A stretch of 32,000 nucleotides of DNA from Geotalea daltonii FRC-32 (lineage in GTDB: Bacteria > Desulfobacterota > Desulfuromonadia > Geobacterales > Geobacteraceae): assembly GCF_000022265.1 (NCBI RefSeq), contig NC_011979.1, forward strand, positions 3,870,001 through 3,902,000, read 5' to 3'. Shown here one piece after another: positions 17,870-25,399 of the stretch (positions are counted from its first letter, which is position 1; every line of letters begins with the position of its first letter). Position numbers and translations under genes: made by a program. The notes beneath the pieces are model-generated. The model did not search any database, was not told where the DNA came from, and was given only the letters and a program-made list of their open reading frames with translations.

Positions 17870-20290
17870 TTATAAGACGTCTTTAGGACTGCCGCAATTC
17901 GGACAGTTTAACCAACTAGTCTCTAATGAAATTTTGCATGTCTTGCAAAAATTCTGACGGAATGAACCACAATAGGGACAAAACAGAAACTTGGCATCGA
18001 AGTTTCTATGGCAATTATCGCAGCATCTTTCATAAACGAGCTGTGGCCCTATTACGCGGAGCAACTCTTCAAGAGTAGTAAGTCCCAGACGGACCTTTTC
18101 CAGACCGTCTTCAACCAATGTCCGCATCCCGGCAGCACGAGCCATCTCGAATAACTCCGTTTCGCGATACCCTGTGCTTATCATATGCCTGAAATCTTCA
18201 TTCATGACGAAGACTTCATAGATGCCCGTCCGTGACATATATCCAGTCTTATTGCACTGATCACACCCCATACCTTTACTGACACCGTCAGCAAATAAAT
18301 CAGGTGGTACTCGAAGAAGGTCAAGTATGTCGGGATCTGGTGACACTGTCGTTTTGCAATGAGGACAGATTTGTCTAACCAGACGCTGTGCAATTATCCC
18401 TTCCAGTGCAGAACCAATAATGTATGGTTTAACGCCCATATCGATCAGGCGGGTAATGGACGCTACAGAACTATTAGTGTGGAGGGTGGAGAGCACCATG
18501 TGTCCGGTGAGGGATGCCTTGAATGCCACGTCTGCCGTCTCGTGGTCTCGGATCTCTCCCACCAGGATCACATCCGGATCCTGGCGCAAGGTGGCACGCA
18601 GGACCTGGGCAAAAGTCAGCCCTATCTTATCCCGCACCGCCACCTGGTTTGCATCCTCAAGGAAATATTCCACCGGTTCTTCGATAGTTTCAAAGTTTTT
18701 GCTGCTCTCAAGCATGGCGGCAAGAATCGAATAAAGCATTGTTGTTTTGCCGCTACCAGTTGGACCGGTTGTAACAATGACACCTTGTGGCTTCCTTACG
18801 ATCATGGAGATTTTTTTCAGGTCATCTTGAAGTACACCGAGCTCATCGAGGCTCCTGATTGCAGAGCTCTTATCCAGAATCCTCATCACGATCTTCTCAC
18901 CATTTAGTGTCGGTAGTGATGAAACACGCATGTCGACAATGCGAGTGCCGGCTTTAACTGTTATACGCCCGTCCTGTGGCTTGCGGCGTTCGGATATATC
19001 CATTTTGGCAAGAATTTTAAGCCGAGAAATGATTGCAGCATGAAGATCAGCAGGTATCTTGATTTTGCTGTGAAGGAGTCCGTCTATTCTGAACCGAATC
19101 AAGGTATACTTTGTTTTAGCTTCCACATGAATATCACTTGCCCTGAAGCGGATAGCTTCCGAAATGACGGCATTGACTATACGGATAACCGGCGGAACCT
19201 CAGACGAGCCTACCAGTTCTTGAATACTCACATCTTTTTCATCTTCTTCTATTACAATGTCAATTTCATCAAGTGGCTCTATATCTATACATTCATCAAT
19301 GTCATCAATATTATTTTCACCGTAAATTCTCTTCAAAAGTGCAACAATTTCTGTGCTAGCACTCAACAAAGCTGTTACCTTCAACCCTGTCATTGTAGCA
19401 ATGTTGTCTATTTTATAGATATCCGATGGATCCGCCATTGCCATAGTCAGCTGACGGCCATCCATTTTAATGGGAATTATCCGATTTCTTTCACAAAGAT
19501 CCCGGGGCAGGAACCTCGCTGCAGTCTGGTTAACTTCATACTCGCGCAAATCCACATACTCAATATTGAGGTTTTCCTGCAGAGCCTTTATTATTTTAGC
19601 CTCACTGGTATATCTCAATCTGACTATTGCTTCACTGAGAAATTCTCCCTTTTCCATATTTTCTAGTGCATTTTCAAGCTCTTCCTGTTTAATAACTCCA
19701 CTTCTGACCAAAATGCTTCCCATCATACCGTGGTTTTCATCAAAGAGGCTGCTATAGTTCTTCAGTTTGAGCTGTTGAGTACGAGCTAAATCTTTTAGCC
19801 TTTTGTTCTCCTGAATTAAAGTGTACTGCTGGAGAGCTAAGCTTACCGTCAGACGCAGATCTTCATCATTCCAGGGTTTGGTAATAAATTTGTATACAGC
19901 TCCATCTTTTACAGCACCCATTATGGAATTGACATCCGCATGACCTGTCAACATGATGCGTATTGTCTGAGGCGAAAGTTCCTTGATAGCTTTCAGAAGT
20001 TCTGCACCTGTCATACCTGGCATACGATGATCCGACACAACCAGATGAATCGGCTCGGCGTCAAACATGGATAGGGCTTTTTCCCCATTCGATGCAGTAA
20101 GAATGTTGTAGTTTTCTTCCATGAAAATACGCCGCATTGCAGACAACACACCATCTTCGTCATCCACAAAAAGAATGGTAAATTTTTCTACACCTCCAGG
20201 TTGGCCGGAAGAAACACTTACATCTCCCATGGGCTCATTGATTCCATCGGTATTAGTAGTATTGCGGAAAAGGTTGGAATACTTAGCCAT
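17870..20290 (-). CDS. REC-fused GspE/PilB-family (T2SS-E/T4P) ATPase with MshEN-like N-domain and C-terminal double zinc ribbon
   Basis: 806 aa. REC: ILFVDDE, VVSDHRMPGMTG, RIMLTGHAD, FITKPW. T2SSE_N-like: MGSILVRSGVIKQEELENAL. ATPase core: Walker A GPTGSGKT, Walker B DPDVILVGEIRD, His box TGHMVLSTLHTN, and tetracysteine CPHC ... CDQC. An extra tail carries four CxxC pairs (CDNC, CPYC, CKTC, CPNC) at nt 17873-18040. Confidence 0.9.
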   Translation of the reverse strand: MAKYSNLFRNTTNTDGINEPMGDVSVSSGQPGGVEKFTILFVDDEDGVLSAMRRIFMEENYNILTASNGEKALSMFDAEPIHLVVSDHRMPGMTGAELLKAIKELSPQTIRIMLTGHADVNSIMGAVKDGAVYKFITKPWNDEDLRLTVSLALQQYTLIQENKRLKDLARTQQLKLKNYSSLFDENHGMMGSILVRSGVIKQEELENALENMEKGEFLSEAIVRLRYTSEAKIIKALQENLNIEYVDLREYEVNQTAARFLPRDLCERNRIIPIKMDGRQLTMAMADPSDIYKIDNIATMTGLKVTALLSASTEIVALLKRIYGENNIDDIDECIDIEPLDEIDIVIEEDEKDVSIQELVGSSEVPPVIRIVNAVISEAIRFRASDIHVEAKTKYTLIRFRIDGLLHSKIKIPADLHAAIISRLKILAKMDISERRKPQDGRITVKAGTRIVDMRVSSLPTLNGEKIVMRILDKSSAIRSLDELGVLQDDLKKISMIVRKPQGVIVTTGPTGSGKTTMLYSILAAMLESSKNFETIEEPVEYFLEDANQVAVRDKIGLTFAQVLRATLRQDPDVILVGEIRDHETADVAFKASLTGHMVLSTLHTNSSVASITRLIDMGVKPYIIGSALEGIIAQRLVRQICPHCKTTVSPDPDILDLLRVPPDLFADGVSKGMGCDQCNKTGYMSRTGIYEVFVMNEDFRHMISTGYRETELFEMARAAGMRTLVEDGLEKVRLGLTTLEELLRVIGPQLVYERCCDNCHRNFDAKFLFCPYCGSFRQNFCKTCKISLETSWLNCPNCGSPKDVL

Positions 20291-20293
20291 TAT

Positions 20294-21586
20294 TTATTCC
20301 TTATTCAGAGGAATTGTAATAATAAAATCAGCCCCACCATCAGCTGCATCTGCAACTGATACAGTTCCCCCAAGTTTCAAAACGCTGTCATACACCACGG
20401 CCAGCCCCATACCTTTACCTGCACCCACTTCACGAGTAGTAAAGAAAGGTTCAAACACCCGGCCGCGATGCTCTGGAAGAATTCCTGGTCCATTATCAGC
20501 AATACTGATTCTGATTCGTTTCCCATCCCAGGCTGTAGCCAGAGTTACACGGAGGCCATCCCCACGGGATTGGATTGCATTTTGTATAATATTGAGGAAA
20601 ACTTGACTAAGTACTGCCGCTTGAGCCTTGATAACAGGCAATGGTTGAAGATCACGTACAATCTCCACTTTGTTTTTTAATTGATGACAAAGAACACTTA
20701 ATGTCAGTTCAATTTCTCTATTCACATCAATGTCAATAAGCCCAACTTCATCGACATGAGAAAAACCTTTTAAATCAGCCACTATGTTCATAACACGTTC
20801 TGCGCCGGTCAACGTTTGGGATAGGAGATCACCAACATCTGTACACACCATGTCTATTTTTAATTCTTGCCATTTTTGTTCTGTCTGTTCGACTAAAGTG
20901 GAGGTTGTCGAACCAATCTTGTTCAGATCTCTGCAGAAGAATAACATTGCACTGAGGCGATTGACATATTTTTGCAAGGTGTGAAGATTGCTTATGATGA
21001 AGCCAAGGGGATTGTTTATCTCGTGAGCTATTCCTGCTGCCAGTTGCCCTATGGCTGCCATTTTTTCTTGCTGAAGTAGATGCGAATGAGCTTTTTTCAA
21101 CTCGAATGTTCTCTCATTCACTCGTTTTTCAAGGCTCTCTGCCAAATCTCGATACCGTGCTTCTGATTGACTTAGCTGTTGATTTATTTCAACAAGTTGC
21201 TCAAAGGATGTATTGACTACAGTAGTATGAATTTCTGTTGTAAGAATTCTTTTAAGGTTATTTGAAATCACAGTATTAAGCGCAACAGCCAATAGTTTAC
21301 CAACTGCAAAAAGCAAAGGCTTTGAATCCTGATCTCCAAAAACATTTATAGTTCCTACCGGTTCCCCTTCCAATTTCAGGGGGAAAATAACTAAAGGTTC
21401 CGCCAGGAATGGACGCTGGGTGGCACCCCAAATCTCCATCCCGTCTGGGTCCAGTATGGTCACATTATCGGCACCTGCCTGTACGGCACCTTCAAGAAGA
21501 GGAATAACCTCAGTATCTATTAAAACGTCATGCAGGCGCTTCTCATCGCCGACTACATATGAAATTCCTTCCTGTGAAGGCAGCAT
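20294..21586 (-). CDS. Cytoplasmic sensor histidine kinase (small GAF-like or unknown N-domain + coiled coil + HisKA + HATPase_c)
   Basis: H-box: QQEKMAAIGQLAAGIAHEINNPLGF. N-box: FLNIIQNAIQ. G-boxes: DNGPGI and GAGKGMGLAV. The start is either the ATG at 21586 (AGGAG upstream) or the TTG at 21595 (TTGA overlap). No TM segment is evident. Confidence 0.85.
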   Translation of the reverse strand: MLPSQEGISYVVGDEKRLHDVLIDTEVIPLLEGAVQAGADNVTILDPDGMEIWGATQRPFLAEPLVIFPLKLEGEPVGTINVFGDQDSKPLLFAVGKLLAVALNTVISNNLKRILTTEIHTTVVNTSFEQLVEINQQLSQSEARYRDLAESLEKRVNERTFELKKAHSHLLQQEKMAAIGQLAAGIAHEINNPLGFIISNLHTLQKYVNRLSAMLFFCRDLNKIGSTTSTLVEQTEQKWQELKIDMVCTDVGDLLSQTLTGAERVMNIVADLKGFSHVDEVGLIDIDVNREIELTLSVLCHQLKNKVEIVRDLQPLPVIKAQAAVLSQVFLNIIQNAIQSRGDGLRVTLATAWDGKRIRISIADNGPGILPEHRGRVFEPFFTTREVGAGKGMGLAVVYDSVLKLGGTVSVADAADGGADFIITIPLNKE

Positions 21587-21591
21587 CTGTA

Positions 21592-22257
21592 TCAATCTCC
21601 TTCCTGCTCAGCAACATTGACCATGCGATTCACAAATGCTCTTTTGTCAAGACCATGGTCGGACGCGATTCTGTAGCGATCATCAATTCTGTCGTAAAGG
21701 CGTTCGACCAGCAGTGAAAATGTTTCTACTACTCCCAATCCTTTAATAGCTGCTGCCATAGTCACGGGAATTCCGGTAGGCTCCCAAGTATGAAGAATAT
21801 CCTCTTCTGCAACTATTGCCGATAAATCTCGCTTGTTAAATTGAATCACAAGCGGCACTGAATCAACATCCAACCCTACCAAAGCTAAATTGTTTTCCAA
21901 GCTTTCAAAGCTGGCAAGGTTGTTCGTGCTTTGCGAAAGCTGGGAATCAGCGATAAAAGCAACGCCATCAGCTCTCTGTAATACAGCCTTACGTGTGGCG
22001 TCATGTCTTACTTGGCCTGGAACTGTGTAAACTTTGACTTTTATTTTTAACCCGCTGGGTGCAACAATGAAAAAAGGCAGAAGATCAAAATAGATTGTTC
22101 TATCGTCAGTTGTATCCAAGACCATCAGATCTCCTCGACCTTCATGTTTTAACAATTCATGCAATTGAAGAAGATTGGTTGTTTTCCCAGACATGGCAGG
22201 GCCATAATAAACGAGTTTCAGAACCATGCGCCGCTCTTTTTCATTAAATTCAATCAT
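21592..22257 (-). CDS. MglA-family Ras-like small GTPase
   Basis: MIEFNEKERRMVLKLVYYGPAMSGKTTNL aligns residue-for-residue with the MglA N-terminus (P-loop GxxxxGKT). Also present are TDDRTIYFDLLP (intrinsic Arg-finger position), YTVPGQ (the MglA-type G3 with catalytic Gln), and NKRD (G4). An alternative start at 22320 (ATGA overlap) would add 21 residues. Confidence 0.8.
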   Translation of the reverse strand: MIEFNEKERRMVLKLVYYGPAMSGKTTNLLQLHELLKHEGRGDLMVLDTTDDRTIYFDLLPFFIVAPSGLKIKVKVYTVPGQVRHDATRKAVLQRADGVAFIADSQLSQSTNNLASFESLENNLALVGLDVDSVPLVIQFNKRDLSAIVAEEDILHTWEPTGIPVTMAAAIKGLGVVETFSLLVERLYDRIDDRYRIASDHGLDKRAFVNRMVNVAEQEGD

Positions 22258-22316
22258 GATGGGAATCCTGTTCCTTGAATCAAGAAGTTGAGTCTGTAGA
22301 TTACAAAAGTAAATAC

Positions 22317-23627
22317 TCATTGAGAAACGAAAACAAACACTCCCCCCTCGGGAGGATCTACACTGTAATATCGCTTCAGAGCGTGTATTTTAGCCTCATC
22401 CAATGTCGCCCCCTTGTTTAGAAGCAAAAGCCCCGTGCCGCTTATCACTTCTCTGGCCAGGACCATGCCTGTACATAAGTCTTTTGGTGAAATTTCTTGC
22501 ACAACCATCGAACGATCTGTAAGACCAATATAATAACTAGTGGATACTTCCTGAACTGTTGGCAGCAGCTCTGGATCAAAAAAGCTTTCTGCTTTCTCCT
22601 TTAGGCTTTTCATTATTGATTCGATTGAAACCGAAGCATCCATTCTTGAGATAGTCGTATCCACGAAATCTGCAATGGCGATTATACGTGCTCCAATCGG
22701 TATGTCCTTCCCGGATAGCCCATCTGGAAATCCTGTTCCATCATAGAGTTCATGATGGTGACGAATTATCTGGCCTGCTGAGCGTAAACCTTCGACCACA
22801 TCAACAACTGCCTGTCCCCGCACCGGATGCCGGGCATACTCTGCACGCTCCTCATCATCAAGCAACTCATACCGCATTCTTAGTATGCCTGGTTCTATAC
22901 CTATTTTCCCTATATCATGCAAAAGTGCAGCGACTCTTATAGTTTCGATTTCGTCTTCTGTTAACTGTAATTTGCGAGCGGACTCTTCGGCAACAGCGGA
23001 AACATTGTTAGAATGATTCTTTGCCAGTGAATCTAAAAGGCCGATAACGCTGGAAAAGGCAAGAATGGTATTCTGCCAGTTCCTGGTGGCAATCTCGCCA
23101 CTCAGGCGCAATTCCTCCATCTGCTGCCTGATCCGGGTCGTCTGTTCCATTACGCGGCTCTTCAGCCCGTTGTTCCACTCGTGCAGCTCGGCATTCTGCT
23201 GCTGTACCAGTGCGGAAAGGCGCTTGTTCTCCATGGTCATCCGGTAGCGCTGGACGCCTTCTGTCAGGGTCTGCACAAGCATGCCGTCATCCCACGGTTT
23301 GGTGATGTAGCAAGAAGCCCCACCCTTGTTGATTGCGTCCATGGTGGCATTGATGTCGGCATAACCGGTCAATACCATGCGTATCGCTTCCGGAGCCAGG
23401 CTCTTTGCCTGTTGCAGGAATTCCGCTCCCGTCATTCCCGGCATTCGCTGGTCAGAAAGGATCAACGCCACATCCGGGTGCGCCTGCAGAACGCTGAGCC
23501 CTTCGCTTCCCGAGCCGGCAGTCAGTACATTGATGTCGTTCTCCTCCATCAGCAGGCGGACAATGGCCCGGAGGATGTTTTCTTCGTCGTCGACGACAAG
23601 TATGGTGCTTGTGGTTTGGGCTACCAT
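22317..23627 (-). CDS. Response regulator with HD-GYP (c-di-GMP phosphodiesterase-type) output and about 130-aa C-terminal extension
   Basis: REC: ILVVDDE, ILSDQRMPGMTG, RMVLTGYAD, YITKPW. After a coiled coil, the HD-GYP domain has LLHDIGKIG and HHHELYDGTGFPDGL, where GFP replaces GYP. The extra C-terminal region ends in DLCTGMVLAREVISGTGLLLLNKGATLDEAKIHALKRY. Confidence 0.9.
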   Translation of the reverse strand: MVAQTTSTILVVDDEENILRAIVRLLMEENDINVLTAGSGSEGLSVLQAHPDVALILSDQRMPGMTGAEFLQQAKSLAPEAIRMVLTGYADINATMDAINKGGASCYITKPWDDGMLVQTLTEGVQRYRMTMENKRLSALVQQQNAELHEWNNGLKSRVMEQTTRIRQQMEELRLSGEIATRNWQNTILAFSSVIGLLDSLAKNHSNNVSAVAEESARKLQLTEDEIETIRVAALLHDIGKIGIEPGILRMRYELLDDEERAEYARHPVRGQAVVDVVEGLRSAGQIIRHHHELYDGTGFPDGLSGKDIPIGARIIAIADFVDTTISRMDASVSIESIMKSLKEKAESFFDPELLPTVQEVSTSYYIGLTDRSMVVQEISPKDLCTGMVLAREVISGTGLLLLNKGATLDEAKIHALKRYYSVDPPEGGVFVFVSQ

Positions 23628-23633
23628 TGTTCT

Positions 23634-24596
23634 TTATCCTTCTGAGCCTGTTTTTTCCGTGTCCAATGTTTGGAAAAACATGTCTACCAGCCGTCCTTCC
23701 AGGTGGTTTCCTCGCATATCTCCCATGAGCTTGTGCGCCTTTGCGAAACTCATGGCAGGCTTATAAGGTCGATCCGTAGTCAGGGCGTCGAAAACGTCGG
23801 CAACGGCCACTATCCGTGCCTCCAGAGGGATCGAGACCCCTTTCAGACCGAAGGGATACCCGGTTCCATCGAAGCGCTCATGGTGATGGCGGATAATGTT
23901 GATCAAAGTAGGAGATAAGTTGGCCTGCTGGGCCACGTTGGCTCCCCACTCGGGATGCTTCCTGACAACGATCATTTCCTGCTCCGAAAGCATGCAGGTA
24001 GAATTGAGGATTGTCTCCGGCACGCCGATCTTGCCGCAGTCGTGCAGCCAGCTGCCGTAACGAATCTCCCGGGATGTGGTCGAGGGAAGCTTCAAAAGCT
24101 CGCATATCCTTAAAGCGTGGTCGGCAACGCGGTTACAGTGCCCGCGGGTGTAATGGTCTTTCAGCTCGATGGTCTCGGCCAGAGAATGGAGAACACCTTC
24201 ATCATGTTGTCTGAGGGCGTCCCAGATACGGAAACGGGCAACCCCTTCGCTGACCGCCTGGTATAGCTCCTCATTTCGCCAGGGCTTGACGATGAATCTG
24301 AAGACCTCGCCACTGTTGATCGCCTGCAGCGCCGTATCCAGATCGGCATGGGCTGTCAGCAGACATTTGACGGTCTCCGGTGATTCCTCCTTGATCCGTG
24401 TCAACAGTTCGATTCCTTTCATTTCAGGCATCATATTGTCCGAAACGATAACGGCAAACTTTTTACTGCGACACAGTTCCAGTGCCTCTATTGGGCTACG
24501 GGTGAAAACGGTTTCCAGGCCGCTTTCCGAGAAAACCCGCTGCAGGGCGTTGAGCACATGTTGTTCATCATCAACAAAAAGGATAGGTTCGCTCAT
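23634..24596 (-). CDS. Response regulator with HD-GYP output (RpfG-like)
   Basis: REC: ILFVDDE, IVSDNMMPEMKG, FIVKPW. HD-GYP: GHCNRVADHA, WLHDCGKIGVP, HHHERFDGTGYPFGLKG. Confidence 0.9.
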   Translation of the reverse strand: MSEPILFVDDEQHVLNALQRVFSESGLETVFTRSPIEALELCRSKKFAVIVSDNMMPEMKGIELLTRIKEESPETVKCLLTAHADLDTALQAINSGEVFRFIVKPWRNEELYQAVSEGVARFRIWDALRQHDEGVLHSLAETIELKDHYTRGHCNRVADHALRICELLKLPSTTSREIRYGSWLHDCGKIGVPETILNSTCMLSEQEMIVVRKHPEWGANVAQQANLSPTLINIIRHHHERFDGTGYPFGLKGVSIPLEARIVAVADVFDALTTDRPYKPAMSFAKAHKLMGDMRGNHLEGRLVDMFFQTLDTEKTGSEG

Positions 24597-25396
24597 ACTG
24601 AAGACTCTCCTGTCAGGACTATGACGATGGCAGGTGTTGCACCCTGATCCAATGCGGTCGCATCAGCCTGCAACGTCCTGCCGTCGGCGGCAATGCCGGT
24701 CCAGCTTTTCTCTCCGGCCAAAACCCGGCCGATAAACCCGCAGATATCAGCAGGGAGTACATGGGCCATGGGCCGACTCAGGCATTCGTCCCTATCCCTC
24801 CCCAGCAGCAGGGCGGCAGCAGTGTTCATTTGCATGACCGTATCGGCGAGGACCGACAGCACGCCGAAGGGAAGGCTGTCCAATATTATGAAAGGATCAA
24901 GGCCGTGGGGGCCACCCGCCACCAAAACTTGCTGTTGATCAACGGCACCGCTCAAAAGCTCCAGAGCCAGGGACTTGACATGGAGTTCTTCGGACAACTT
25001 TGCGTTTTCCCGATGAAGGGCGAACATCTCCACTGCCTTGGCAATGGTCATCTTCAGCTCATCTTCGTTCCAGGGCTTGGGGATGAACCGGTAGATCTCC
25101 CCCTCGTTGATCGCCGCAACGACAGCAGCGGTATCCGCATAACCGGAGAGGACGATGCGGATTGTTTCCGGATGGAGGCTGCACGCCTTCTTGAGGAATT
25201 CCACCCCGTTCATGCCGGGCATGCGGTAGTCCGAGATGATCACATGGAAATTTTCGCTACTGGAGAGCTTTTCCAATCCCTCCTCCCCGGAAGAGGCGGT
25301 GATGATCTCGTAGTCCTCATCGATAAACATTCTTTCAATTGCGCGGAGCACGTTTCGTTCGTCATCGACGCAAAGAATTCTCACGGTTTCATCCAT
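24593..25396 (-). CDS. Response regulator: REC + PAS-like C-terminal domain
   Basis: REC: ILCVDDE, IISDYRMPGMNG, RIVLSGYAD, FIPKPW. The C-terminal part (ILDSLPFGVLSVLADTVMQMNTAAALLLGRDRDECL) is PAS-like. An ATGA overlap joins it to the downstream gene. Confidence 0.8.
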   Translation of the reverse strand: MDETVRILCVDDERNVLRAIERMFIDEDYEIITASSGEEGLEKLSSSENFHVIISDYRMPGMNGVEFLKKACSLHPETIRIVLSGYADTAAVVAAINEGEIYRFIPKPWNEDELKMTIAKAVEMFALHRENAKLSEELHVKSLALELLSGAVDQQQVLVAGGPHGLDPFIILDSLPFGVLSVLADTVMQMNTAAALLLGRDRDECLSRPMAHVLPADICGFIGRVLAGEKSWTGIAADGRTLQADATALDQGATPAIVIVLTGESSV

Positions 25397-25399
25397 TCG

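Noticed and set aside
19571-19726. Claim that the ATPase N-domain is a c-di-GMP receptor (MshEN)
   Set aside because: The hydrophobic and Gly scaffold of motif I is kept, but Met replaces both the Arg and Gln positions of the published motif, and motif II is degenerate. I keep it only as a testable possibility inside the ATPase finding.
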